Shown piece by piece: positions 20,579 to 29,531 of a stretch of DNA of 63,656 nucleotides (its first letter is position 1; every line of letters begins with the position of its first letter). Below the pieces are notes generated by a model. The model made no database searches and had not been told where the DNA came from. It worked only from the letters and a program-made list of their open reading frames with translations. The DNA is from Alphaproteobacteria bacterium (GTDB taxonomy: Bacteria; Pseudomonadota; Alphaproteobacteria; MPNO01; UBA830). The DNA is taken from contig JAYPTI010000001.1 in NCBI GenBank assembly GCA_038133505.1, positions 1 through 63,656 of the forward strand. The letters are read 5' to 3'. The translations under genes were made by a program, and so were the position numbers.

Positions 20579-21733
20579 CTACGCCTCTCCCCACACGTCC
20601 GTCGCGACCTCGACGATCCGCGCGAGCTTGGCTTCCTCGTCCGCCTCGCTGAGCGGATTTCCCTTCACGGAGCTGGCGAAGCCGCACTGGGTGGTGAGGC
20701 CGAGCCGATCTAGCGGCGCGTGCTTGGCCGCCTCGTCGATGCGGCGCTTGATGTAGTCGGCGTCCTCCAGAACCGGCGTCTTGGTCGACACGATACCCAG
20801 GAGCGCGACCTTGCCCTCGGGCACGAGGCGCAGCGGCTCGAACGAGCCGGCGCGCTCGGTGTCGTATTCCAGGTGATAGCAATCGACGTTGATGGCGTTG
20901 AACAGCACGTCGGCGACCGGGTCGTAGCCGCCTTCCGCCGCCCAGAAGCCCTCGCGGTTGCCGCGGCACTGGTGCATGCCGACCGTCACGCCGTCGGGCA
21001 GGACGTCGAGCGCGTCGTTGATCCGCTTCGCGTACTCGGCGAGCAGCGAGTCCGCGTTCGTCCCCCAGCCCGCGAACACGGGCGCGTAGTCCGGATCGCA
21101 CAGGAACGGCAGTGTCACGTCGTCGAGCTGGATATGCGTGCAGCCGGCGTCCGCCAGCGCCTTCAACTCGGCCCGGTAGGCCGCCGTGAGATCGTCCCAG
21201 AATGCGTTCTCGTCGCCCTCGTAGGGCGTGTTCGCGAGCGCGCCCGGGCCGCCCATGAAGGAATGCACGACCGGCGGGGCGGGCAGCGTGACCTTGCCGA
21301 CGGCATCGCCTGAATTCGTGTCGAGGAACTTGAACGCGTCGACGATCGGGCTCTCGCGCCACGAAATCCGGCCGTCGACGAACACGGTCGAGAACGCCTG
21401 CTGGAAACCCTTCTCGTTCTTCCAGCCGAACGGCGAGGAGGTGTCCTGGCGGTTCGCCGAGAACCCGTCCCAGTTCATGATGAGCTCCAGCCACCAGCTG
21501 CGCCGCCGCATCTCGCCGTCGGTCGCGCCCTTGAGGCCGACGCGCGCCTGCATGGCGACCGCCTCGCGGATGCAGTCGTCCTCGACCGAAGCGAGATCCG
21601 CGTCGCCGTGCGGGCCTAGATTTCTCTCGGCCGTGTCCTCGCCCAGCCTTGCGACCCGCGCGTCCTTCAGGCGCTGCGGGCGGAGAAGACTGCCGACGTG
21701 GTCGGCGCGGAACGGAGGCGTGGTGCCGGGCAT
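20579..21733 (-). CDS. MetE C-terminal-domain-like (cobalamin-independent methionine synthase family, single-domain) protein
   Basis: 384 aa. FRADHVGSLLRP at the N-terminus, HQCRGN, LGLTTQCGFAS are conserved Zn-ligand contexts of the MetE/UROD-like family. Confidence 0.78.
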   Translation of the reverse strand: MPGTTPPFRADHVGSLLRPQRLKDARVARLGEDTAERNLGPHGDADLASVEDDCIREAVAMQARVGLKGATDGEMRRRSWWLELIMNWDGFSANRQDTSSPFGWKNEKGFQQAFSTVFVDGRISWRESPIVDAFKFLDTNSGDAVGKVTLPAPPVVHSFMGGPGALANTPYEGDENAFWDDLTAAYRAELKALADAGCTHIQLDDVTLPFLCDPDYAPVFAGWGTNADSLLAEYAKRINDALDVLPDGVTVGMHQCRGNREGFWAAEGGYDPVADVLFNAINVDCYHLEYDTERAGSFEPLRLVPEGKVALLGIVSTKTPVLEDADYIKRRIDEAAKHAPLDRLGLTTQCGFASSVKGNPLSEADEEAKLARIVEVATDVWGEA

Positions 21734-21799
21734 GGGGGGTCTCCCTGGGTGTTTCTTTCGGCTTGGTGTTTGCAGAATAACGACGCGGCGCGCGTCGGG

Positions 21800-21874
21800 G
21801 TAGGGGCGGGCGGGTCTTAGACCCGCCCCTACGAATTCGCACGATATCGCGTAGGGGCCGGTCTAAGACCGGCC
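21800..21874. repeat. Two adjacent GC-rich hairpin elements (GTAGGGGC...GGTCT(T/A)AGACC...)
   Basis: The first, 21800-21832, is GTAGGGGCGGGCGGGTCTTAGACCCGCCCCTAC. The second, 21851-21874, is GTAGGGGCCGGTCTAAGACCGGCC, with a perfect 8-bp stem GGCCGGTC/GACCGGCC. Confidence 0.7.
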
Positions 21875-21949
21875 CGCCCGTTTGACCGGTTTCGCGTTGG
21901 AACATCCCCGTCGGCGCGTGTAGGCTGCACGCGGCTCACCCGGAGCCAC

Positions 21950-22034
21950 GCGGGCGTGGTGGAATTGGTAGACACAAGGGACTTAAAATCCCTCGGCTTC
22001 GGCCGTGCCGGTTCAAGTCCGGCCGCCCGCACCA
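21950..22034 (+). tRNA. tRNA-Leu (anticodon UAA), CCA encoded
   Basis: GCGGGCG acceptor pairs with CGCCCGC, followed by A-CCA. D arm GTGG-AATTGGTAGA-CAC. Anticodon loop CTTAAAA. Long variable arm CGGCTTCGGCCGTG. T arm CCGGTTCAAGTCCGG. Confidence 0.92.
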
Positions 22035-22094
22035 CCGCGTCCCTCCGACTCCCCTAAATCCGCGAAACCTCCCGCCGTTTACGCTTGACATAAA

Positions 22095-22118
22095 TAACGA
22101 CTAATAATATCGTCGTTA
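22095..22118. promoter_or_regulatory. Inverted repeat TAACGAC-N10-GTCGTTA in an AT-rich promoter region (candidate Rrf2 operator)
   Basis: A TTGACA hexamer at 22085-22090 is followed by an unusually AT-rich stretch (TAAATAACGACTAATAATATCGTCGTTAAAAG) just upstream of the Rrf2 gene. The -10 assignment is ambiguous. Confidence 0.4.
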
Positions 22119-22133
22119 AAAGAAAGCGGAGAA

Positions 22134-22691
22134 ATGCCTATGAGCCTCTACGGCAGCAACGTCGAATACGGCCTTCATTGCCTGCTCTATCTCGCCGACC
22201 CGGACGCGGGCGCGCCCGTCTCGGCGAAGGACCTGGCCGAGTTCCAGGGTATCTCGCCGTCGCTGGTCGCCAAGCTGTTCACGCAGCTGCAGAAGGCCGG
22301 CATCGTCGAGAGCGCGGAGGGGATCCAGGGCGGGTTCCGGCTGGCGAAGCCGGCGGGCGACGTCTCCGTGATGGATGTAATCCGCGCGGTCGAGGGCGAG
22401 AAGCCTTTGTTCCAGTGCAAGGAGATCCGCCGGAACTGCATCCTCTACGCCGACAACCCGCCCGACTGGGCGACGCGCGGGGTGTGCTCGATCCACGCCG
22501 TCATGCTCGAGGCGCAGGAGAAGATGTTCGAGGCGTTCCGCGGCCACACGCTGGCGAGCCTGGCGACGCAGGTAGAGAGCAAGATGCCGAAAGCGCGGGT
22601 CGCCGAGGGGCGCGACTGGTTCGAGGCGCGCCTCGCCGACCGCCGGCGCGGCCCGCGAAGCAAATATTCGAAGAGGGAGAACGGGAAATGA
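22134..22691 (+). CDS. Rrf2-family transcriptional regulator
   Basis: Has the wHTH segment VEYGLHCLLYLA...VSAKDLAEFQGISPSLVAKLFTQLQKAGIVES and three Cys (C95, C101, C118 of the track ORF). The second ATG at 22140 has better SD spacing (GGAG at 22128-22131). Confidence 0.85.
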   Translation: MPMSLYGSNVEYGLHCLLYLADPDAGAPVSAKDLAEFQGISPSLVAKLFTQLQKAGIVESAEGIQGGFRLAKPAGDVSVMDVIRAVEGEKPLFQCKEIRRNCILYADNPPDWATRGVCSIHAVMLEAQEKMFEAFRGHTLASLATQVESKMPKARVAEGRDWFEARLADRRRGPRSKYSKRENGK

Positions 22692-23896
22692 GAGACCTTC
22701 TGGTCATCGGCGGCGGCTTCGCCGGCCTGTCCGCGGCGGTCGTCGCGGCGGACGAGAACGAACAGGCGGGCGGCGATCTGCGGATCACGCTGGTCAACCC
22801 GGTCGACGGCATCACCATCCGCCCGCGCCTCTACGAGCGCGACCCGAAGGAGCTGCGCCCCGCCTTGCGCCCGTCGCTCGATCCCGCGGGCGTCGCCTTT
22901 ATCGAGAGCGCGGCCGAGAAAATCGACACGGCGGCGAAGACCGTGACGCTCGCGACCGGCGAGACGCTGTCCTGGGACACGCTGATCCTCGCAACCGGCA
23001 GCGAGCTGCCGCCGCTCCCCGTGCCGGGCGTCGCCGACCACGCCTTCGACATCGACACCTACGAGGCCGCCGTCGCGCTCGACGAGCATCTCGCCGCGAC
23101 GATCGCCGGCCCCGACGCGCCGGGCCGCGATACATACGTCATCGTCGGCGGCGGCATGACCGGCATTGAGCTCGCGGCCGAAATGCCGCGGCGGATCGCG
23201 GCGCACGGCGGCGCGGACGCGGTCGAACGCTCCCGCATCGTCCTGATCGAGCGCGCCCCCGAGATCGGGCCCGAGTTCGGCGCCAACCCGCGTCCGGTGA
23301 TCGAGGAGGCGCTCGCGGGTGCCGACGTAGAGCTGCGGCTCGGCCGCTCCATCGCGTCGGTCGACGCGGGCGGCGCGACGCTCGACGACGGCGAGCGGAT
23401 CGACGCGAAGACCGTCGTGGTGACCGTCGGGCTCCGCGCCAGCGGACTGACGGCGCAGATCCCCGGCGAGCGCGACGCGCAGGGCCGGCTGATCGTGGAC
23501 GACTTCCAGCGCGTCGCCGGCGTCGACGGCGTCTACGCCACGGGCGACGTCGCGCACGCGGTGGCCGACGACGGCAAGGCCAACGGCGGCGCGGAGCACG
23601 CGGCCCTGATGTCGTGCCAGCACGCCCGCACCATGGGCAAGTATGCCGGCTTCAATGCCGCGCGCGACATGCTCGGCCTCGAGGCGCGGCTCTACCGCCA
23701 GACCGACTACACCACCTGTCTCGATCTCGGCGACTACGGCGCGGTGTTCAGCACCGGCTGGAACCGCGAGGTCCAGACCACCGGCGCGGAAGCCAAGAAG
23801 CGCAAGACGATGATCAACACGCAGTGGATCTACCCGCCGCGCGGCACCCGCGACGAGGTCTTCGCGGCGCTCCGCATCGACGAGCGGGGGAGGTGA
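22688..23896 (+). CDS. NDH-2-like FAD/NAD(P)-dependent pyridine-nucleotide-disulfide-family oxidoreductase
   Basis: ATG 22688 overlaps the Rrf2 stop (ATGA). It has two Rossmann motifs, LLVIGGGFAGLSAA and YVIVGGGMTGIELAAE, plus ATGDVA. Confidence 0.8.
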   Translation: MRDLLVIGGGFAGLSAAVVAADENEQAGGDLRITLVNPVDGITIRPRLYERDPKELRPALRPSLDPAGVAFIESAAEKIDTAAKTVTLATGETLSWDTLILATGSELPPLPVPGVADHAFDIDTYEAAVALDEHLAATIAGPDAPGRDTYVIVGGGMTGIELAAEMPRRIAAHGGADAVERSRIVLIERAPEIGPEFGANPRPVIEEALAGADVELRLGRSIASVDAGGATLDDGERIDAKTVVVTVGLRASGLTAQIPGERDAQGRLIVDDFQRVAGVDGVYATGDVAHAVADDGKANGGAEHAALMSCQHARTMGKYAGFNAARDMLGLEARLYRQTDYTTCLDLGDYGAVFSTGWNREVQTTGAEAKKRKTMINTQWIYPPRGTRDEVFAALRIDERGR

Positions 23897-23975
23897 CCCG
23901 GCGCGGGCGGGGTCTTGCAAGAATCCCGTCCGCGCGTCAAAACGGGTCCTCCAGACACTTCCAATTCCGGAAAAG

Positions 23976-25382
23976 ATGGCGGACCTGACACAGAAATTCG
24001 ACGTGCTCGTGATCGGCGGCGGCAACGCGGCGCTGTGCGCGGCGATCAGCGCCCGGCGCGAGGGGGCGACCGTGCTGGTGCTCGAACGCGCCGAGAAATT
24101 CTATCGCGGCGGCAACACGCGGCATACGCGCAACATGCGCTGCGCCCATGACGCGGCGACCGACACGCTGACCGGGCCGTATCCGGAAGACGAGCTGTTC
24201 GAGGATCTGCTCCGCGTCACCGAGGGCGAGACCGACGAGGAACTCGCGCGGCACATGATCCACGAATCCAAGGAAATGCTGACCTGGATCCAGGAGCAGG
24301 GCGTGCGCTTCCAGCCGCCCCTCGGCGGCACGCTGGGGCTCGGGCGCACCAACTCGTTCTTCCTCGGCGGCGGCCGGTCGATGCTCAACGCGCTCTACGA
24401 GACGGCGGAGAAGATCGGCATCGAGGTCCGCTACGAGGCCGAGGTCGTCGGCATGGAGATCGAGGACGGCATGTTCACCGGCGCGACCGTTCGCATCGGC
24501 GGCGAGAACGGCGGGACGCAGACCGTCCGGGCGAGCAGCGTCGTCGCGGCCGCCGGCGGCTTCGAATCCAACATCGAATGGCTCAAGGAATACTGGGGCG
24601 AGGCGGCGGAGAACTTTCTCATTCGCGGCACCGCCAACAACCAGGGCACGATCCTGCGCATGCTGCTGGATGCCGGCGTGCAGCCGATCGGCGATCCGAC
24701 CCAGTGCCACGCGGTCGCGATCGACGCGCGCGCGCCGAAATACGACGGCGGCATCATCACGCGGCTCGACTGCGTTGTGTTCGGCATCGTCGTCAACAAG
24801 AACGCCGAGCGCTTCTATGACGAGGGCGAGGACATCTGGCCAAAGCGTTACGCCATCTGGGGGCGGCTGGTTGCCCAGCAGCCGGACCAGATCGCCTATA
24901 TCGTCTTCGATCATTCGGTGCTGACCAGCTTCATGCCGTCGCTGTTCCCGCCGATCCAGGACGACACGATCGCGGGGCTCGCGAAGAAGCTGCGAATCCC
25001 GGCCGACACGCTTGAAAAGACCGTCGCCGGCTTCAACGCCGGCGTCGTCGACGGCACGTTCGATCACACCATTCTCGACGACTGCCATACGGAAGGCGTG
25101 ACGCCCGCCAAGACGCACTGGGCGCGCCGGTTGGAGACGCCGCCCTATTACGCGTACCCGGTGCGGCCCGGCATCACCTTCACCTATCTCGGCACGCGGG
25201 TGAACAAGGAAGCGCGCATGATCATGAAGGACGGCAAGCCGTCCGCGAACATGTTCGCCGCCGGCGAAATCATGTCGGGCAACGTGCTCGGCCGCGGCTA
25301 CGCCGCCGGCATCGGAATGACCATCGGCAGCGTCTTCGGGCGGATCGCGGGCAGGGAGGCCGCGCACAATGCAAGGAACTGA
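23976..25382 (+). CDS. tcuA: Tricarballylate dehydrogenase, FAD-dependent
   Basis: 468 aa. DVLVIGGGNAALCAAISARREGATVLVLE and RGGNTRHTRNMRC, with TcuA-like length. Directly followed by and overlapping tcuB. Confidence 0.85.
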   Translation: MADLTQKFDVLVIGGGNAALCAAISARREGATVLVLERAEKFYRGGNTRHTRNMRCAHDAATDTLTGPYPEDELFEDLLRVTEGETDEELARHMIHESKEMLTWIQEQGVRFQPPLGGTLGLGRTNSFFLGGGRSMLNALYETAEKIGIEVRYEAEVVGMEIEDGMFTGATVRIGGENGGTQTVRASSVVAAAGGFESNIEWLKEYWGEAAENFLIRGTANNQGTILRMLLDAGVQPIGDPTQCHAVAIDARAPKYDGGIITRLDCVVFGIVVNKNAERFYDEGEDIWPKRYAIWGRLVAQQPDQIAYIVFDHSVLTSFMPSLFPPIQDDTIAGLAKKLRIPADTLEKTVAGFNAGVVDGTFDHTILDDCHTEGVTPAKTHWARRLETPPYYAYPVRPGITFTYLGTRVNKEARMIMKDGKPSANMFAAGEIMSGNVLGRGYAAGIGMTIGSVFGRIAGREAAHNARN

Positions 25383-26556
25383 TACCGCGTCCCCCGAAAC
25401 GGAAGAATTCGATCCGCTTGCCGCGCCGACGAAGGCGGGCCAGACGAACGATCCGCACGCCACCGACATTCTGGTCGAGGCCGACCGGCTGATGACGGTC
25501 TGCAATTCCTGCCGCTATTGCGAAGGGCTGTGCGCCGTGTTCCCGGCGATGGAGATGCGCCGTGCGTTCTCCGACGGCGACCTGAACTACCTCGCCAACC
25601 TGTGCCACAACTGCGGCGCCTGCTTCTACGACTGCCAGTTCTCGCCGCCGCACCCGTTCGACGTGAACGTGCCGAAGGTGATGGCCGAGGCGCGAGCCGA
25701 TTCCTACCGCGCCTATGCGTGGCCCGGGTTCCTGTCGGGCCTGTTCGCGCGCAATGGTCTCGCGATCAGCCTGATCGCCGCCGTCAGCGTCGCCATCTTC
25801 ATCTACGGCTTCGCCGCGTGGAACGATCCGGAGATCATGTACGGCCGCCACACCGGGCCGGGCGCGTTCTACAAGCTGATGCCGCACAACGCGATGGCGC
25901 TGCTGTTCGGCGCGGCGTTCCTCTATGCGATCCTCGCGATGGTCATGGGTGCGCGCAATTTTTGGCGCGACATCGGCGCGCCGGGGGGCATCGTCCGCGA
26001 GCCGCAGTCGCTGTGGCAGGCGATGAAGGACGCCGGCAAGCTGCGCTACCTGGACGGCGGCGGCGGCGGGTGCCTGAACGAGGAGGACGCGCCGTCGGAC
26101 GGAAGGCGCATGTACCACCACTTCACGTTCTACGGCTTCATGCTGTGCTTCGCCGCGACCAGCGTGGCGACCCTCTATCACTATCTGCTCGGCCGCGAGG
26201 CGCCGTACCCGTGGTACGACCTGCCTGTCCTGCTCGGCATCGCCGGCGGCGTCGGTCTCCTGATCGGCCCAGTCGGGTTGCTGGCGGCGAAGTGGAAGCG
26301 CGATCCGCTGATGCGGGACGAGGCGCGCTACGGCATGGAGGTCGCGTTCCTCGCCATGCTGTTCCTTACGAGCCTCACCGGCCTCGCGCTGCTCGTCTTC
26401 CGCGACGGCACCGCGATGGGCCTGCTGCTCGCGATCCATCTCGGCGTCGTGTTCAGCCTGTTCGTCACCATGCCCTACGGCAAGTTCGTGCACGGGCTGT
26501 ACCGCTATCTCGCGCTCGTCCGCTACGCCCGCGAGAGCCATGCGACGGGCGGCTGA
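25369..26556 (+). CDS. tcuB: Tricarballylate utilization protein TcuB (Fe-S membrane protein)
   Basis: 395 aa. Two Cys clusters (CNSCRYCEGLC, CHNCGACFYDC) are followed by multiple TM helices. Overlaps tcuA by 14 nt. Confidence 0.85.
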   Translation: MQGTDTASPETEEFDPLAAPTKAGQTNDPHATDILVEADRLMTVCNSCRYCEGLCAVFPAMEMRRAFSDGDLNYLANLCHNCGACFYDCQFSPPHPFDVNVPKVMAEARADSYRAYAWPGFLSGLFARNGLAISLIAAVSVAIFIYGFAAWNDPEIMYGRHTGPGAFYKLMPHNAMALLFGAAFLYAILAMVMGARNFWRDIGAPGGIVREPQSLWQAMKDAGKLRYLDGGGGGCLNEEDAPSDGRRMYHHFTFYGFMLCFAATSVATLYHYLLGREAPYPWYDLPVLLGIAGGVGLLIGPVGLLAAKWKRDPLMRDEARYGMEVAFLAMLFLTSLTGLALLVFRDGTAMGLLLAIHLGVVFSLFVTMPYGKFVHGLYRYLALVRYARESHATGG

Positions 26557-26569
26557 CGGCGTACTTCCG

Positions 26570-27490
26570 TCAGGTTTCCTGCGCGCCGTAGAGCGCCTGT
26601 AGACGTTCCCGCATCCAGCGGTGCCGCGCGCTCGCGTCGTTGCGCGCATGCCAGACGACATAGTGATCCAGCGCCGCGACTTCGTCGGGCAGCGGGGTCA
26701 CCGCGAGGCCGTGACGCCGGGCGAGCACGTCCGCGACCCGTGAGGTGAAAACGCCCACGAGGTCGCTCTCCGCCAGCAGGTCCGGCACCGTCGTGAAGTT
26801 CGTGACCGAAATCGCCGACCTGCGGCGAATGCCGGTCCGCGCCAGTAAATCGTCGAACCCCGCCTTGCGGTCGCCGGCGCTGCTGACGACCAGGTGCGGA
26901 AAGCCCAGCAGCTTGTCGATCGAGACGGGTCCCGGCGCGTCGGCACGCACCGGATGGCGTCTGGACGACAGGCAGACCAGCCGGTCGGTGAAGGCGAGCT
27001 CGGCCCGGAACTGCGCCGGCGGGCGCTCGAACCAGCCGATGGCGAGGTCCAGCCGGTCGTCGGCGATGAGGCTCAGCGCATTGGCGCGGTCTGCGGTGAC
27101 GAGGTCGAGCTCGATCCCCGGCGCCTGCTCCCGCATTTCCCGTACCAGCGGGACGAGGAGCGGCAGTCCCAGCCGGTCGGGCGCGCCGAGGCGGAAGACG
27201 CCCTGTGCCGAGGCAGGGTCGAACGGGCCGTCGCTTTCGAAACAGAGGTCGGCGCGTTCGAGGAAGGCGGCGATCAGGGGCGCAAGATCGCGGGCCTTCG
27301 GGGTCAGGTCCATGCCGCCTGCGGCGCGCACCAGCAGCGGGTCGCCGAACGCGGCGCGAAGCCGGGCGAGGGCATTGCTGACGGCGGATTGCGTGCGCCC
27401 CAGGCGTTCGCCTGCCCGCGTGACGCTGCGCTCCTCGAACAGGACGCTAAGCACCCGGAGCAGGTTGAGATCGAAGCCGGCGGGTATCAT
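26570..27490 (-). CDS. LysR-family transcriptional regulator
   Basis: 306 aa. The N-terminal HTH is LNLLRVLSVLFEERSVTRAGERLGRTQSAVSNALARLR. Divergent from the DLH/PrpF/TTT operon. Confidence 0.9.
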   Translation of the reverse strand: MIPAGFDLNLLRVLSVLFEERSVTRAGERLGRTQSAVSNALARLRAAFGDPLLVRAAGGMDLTPKARDLAPLIAAFLERADLCFESDGPFDPASAQGVFRLGAPDRLGLPLLVPLVREMREQAPGIELDLVTADRANALSLIADDRLDLAIGWFERPPAQFRAELAFTDRLVCLSSRRHPVRADAPGPVSIDKLLGFPHLVVSSAGDRKAGFDDLLARTGIRRRSAISVTNFTTVPDLLAESDLVGVFTSRVADVLARRHGLAVTPLPDEVAALDHYVVWHARNDASARHRWMRERLQALYGAQET

Positions 27491-27514
27491 TTCATCATCA
27501 ATTTAAATGATGAA
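27491..27514. promoter_or_regulatory. LTTR-box-like inverted repeat TTCATCA-N10-TGATGAA in the AT-rich divergent promoter region
   Basis: TTCATCATCAATTTAAATGATGAAAA sits immediately upstream of the LysR start and contains the T-N11-A architecture. The 27491-27560 stretch is strikingly AT-rich for this genome. Confidence 0.55.
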
Positions 27515-27614
27515 AATCAGAAATAATATGAATTTTTTTAATGAGAAAACGCTCACTACGGTGCGCCCCGGACAATAACGCGATGCTGAAAAGCCACGGG
27601 GAGAGACAACGCAA

Positions 27615-28301
27615 ATGGCCTTTTCCGAAGAGATCGTCCGCCTGAAGGCGACCGACGGGTTCACGCTGGATGCCTTCGTCGCGCGCCCCGCATCCGGCCG
27701 CAAGGGCGGGCTCGTCATCCTGCAGGAAATCTTCGGCATGACGGACCAGCTCAAATCGGTCGTCCGCCACTATGCCGAGCACGGCTACGAGACCATTCTG
27801 CCCGCCCTGTACGACCGCCATCAGCCGGGCACCATCGTGCCCTTCGAGACGCCGGACGTCGGCCGCGACATCATGAACGGCCTCGATGTCGACAAGGTCC
27901 TGCTCGACATCGGTGCCGCGGCCGATGCGGTCGACAGCGACGGCGGCGTGTCGGTTCTGGGGTTCTGCTGGGGCGGCGGTCTCGCGCTCGGCGCGGCTTG
28001 TTCGTTCGACCTCCAGTGCGGCATTTCCTACTACGGCACCAAGCTGCCCACCTATCTCGACAAGCGCCCCAATTGCGACATGCTTTTCCACTTCGGCGAG
28101 ACAGACACTGCCAACACGCCGCCCGAGGTGATCGAGCAGGTCAGGGAGGCCATTCCGACGGCCGAGATGCATGTCTACGCCGCCGGCCACGCCTTCGCGA
28201 ACGACGTGCGCAAGACCTATGTGCCCGAGGCCACCGAAACGGCCAACGCTCGCTCGCTCGCGTTCCTCGATGCGCACCACGCGGCGGCGAATTTCGGCTG
28301 A
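27615..28301 (+). CDS. Dienelactone hydrolase family protein (carboxymethylenebutenolidase-like)
   Basis: 228 aa. GGLVILQEIFG, the nucleophile context GFCWGG, and the C-terminal HAF(A)ND motif. Confidence 0.82.
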   Translation: MAFSEEIVRLKATDGFTLDAFVARPASGRKGGLVILQEIFGMTDQLKSVVRHYAEHGYETILPALYDRHQPGTIVPFETPDVGRDIMNGLDVDKVLLDIGAAADAVDSDGGVSVLGFCWGGGLALGAACSFDLQCGISYYGTKLPTYLDKRPNCDMLFHFGETDTANTPPEVIEQVREAIPTAEMHVYAAGHAFANDVRKTYVPEATETANARSLAFLDAHHAAANFG

Positions 28302-28385
28302 CGCCGACGCTGTTTGGAGGTTGTCTTCCGGTCCGGAAAGGGATGATATGCCGCCTCACGGCACACGAATTACGGACGGATAGGC

Positions 28386-29531
28386 ATGCAGGTATCCATT
28401 CCCGCGATCTTCATGCGCGGCGGCACGTCGCGCGGGCTCTATTTCAACAAGGCGGACCTGCCCGAGGACCGCGAGCTGTGGGACGATATCCTGCTGAAGG
28501 CCTTCGGCTGCCCCGATCCGCGCCAGGTCGACGGCGTCGGCGGCACGACGTCGGTCACCAGCAAGACCTGCATCCTGTCGCCGTCCGACCGCGACGATTG
28601 CGACATCGACTATTTCTTCGCCCAGCTCTCGGTCGACGAGGCCAAGGTCGACTACGCGCCGACCTGCGGCAACATGCTGGCTGGGATCGGCCCCTATGCG
28701 ATCGAGACCGGCATGGTGCCTGCCGAGGACGGCGAGACGCGGGTGCGCATCTACCAGGTCAACACCGGCGGGAGGGTCGAGGCGGTCGTCCGGACGCCGG
28801 GCGGACACGTGGAATACGAAGGCGACTTCGCCATCGACGGCGTCCCCGGCACCGCGGCGCCGATCCTGCTCAACTTCATGGACGTCGTCGGCGCGCGGAC
28901 CGGCAAGCTGTTCCCGACCGGCGAGAAGATGGAGACCATCGACGGGATCGACGTCACCATCATCGATGCGGCGATGCCGTGCATGATCCTGCGCGCCGCC
29001 GATGTCGGCAAGACCGGCTACGAGAGCGCCGCTGAACTCGATGCCGATCCGGCGTTCTTCCAGCGCGTCGAGGCGATGCGGCTCGAAGCCGGCCGGCGCA
29101 TGGGACTCGGCGACGTGAGCGGCCAGGTCCAGCCCAAGATCATCATCCTGGCCGCGCCGCGCGACGGCGGCGCCATCGCGTCGCGCTATTTCGTCCCCGA
29201 CAAGACGCACGAGACGCACGCGATCACCGGCGGCATCGCGCTGGCCTACGCTTCGGTCACGCCGGGCACGGTCGCCGAGCTGCTCGCCGTTCTGCCGGAA
29301 GGCGACAACCGGCCGACATTCTCGATCGAGCACCCGGCGGGCAAGCTGCATCTCGCGCTGACGCTGACCGACGGCGAAGACGGCAAGGCGCTCGAAGCCG
29401 CCGGCATCGTGCGGACCGCCCGTATGATCATGCAGGGCTCCGTGATGGTGCCGGAACGCTTGCTCGGCGCGAAAACCGGAATAGAAAACGAAACGACTGA
29501 AACCCCAAAACGGGAGGTAGCTGCAGAATGA
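28386..29531 (+). CDS. PrpF-superfamily isomerase (methylaconitate/aconitate isomerase or 4-oxalomesaconate tautomerase-like)
   Basis: 381 aa. IPAIFMRGGTSRGLYF, TSKTCILS and PTCGNMLAGIGPYAIE are hallmark PrpF/GalD motifs. Confidence 0.85.
   Translation: MQVSIPAIFMRGGTSRGLYFNKADLPEDRELWDDILLKAFGCPDPRQVDGVGGTTSVTSKTCILSPSDRDDCDIDYFFAQLSVDEAKVDYAPTCGNMLAGIGPYAIETGMVPAEDGETRVRIYQVNTGGRVEAVVRTPGGHVEYEGDFAIDGVPGTAAPILLNFMDVVGARTGKLFPTGEKMETIDGIDVTIIDAAMPCMILRAADVGKTGYESAAELDADPAFFQRVEAMRLEAGRRMGLGDVSGQVQPKIIILAAPRDGGAIASRYFVPDKTHETHAITGGIALAYASVTPGTVAELLAVLPEGDNRPTFSIEHPAGKLHLALTLTDGEDGKALEAAGIVRTARMIMQGSVMVPERLLGAKTGIENETTETPKREVAAE

Noticed and set aside
21734-21949. Cobalamin or SAM riboswitch upstream of the metE-like gene (and likewise 60219-60349 upstream of nrdJ)
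   Set aside because: I could not find a B12-box-like core or the conserved riboswitch helices by eye. The leader is occupied by REP-like hairpins. A covariance-model scan (Rfam RF00174, RF00521) would settle this, but nothing supports the call from sequence inspection.
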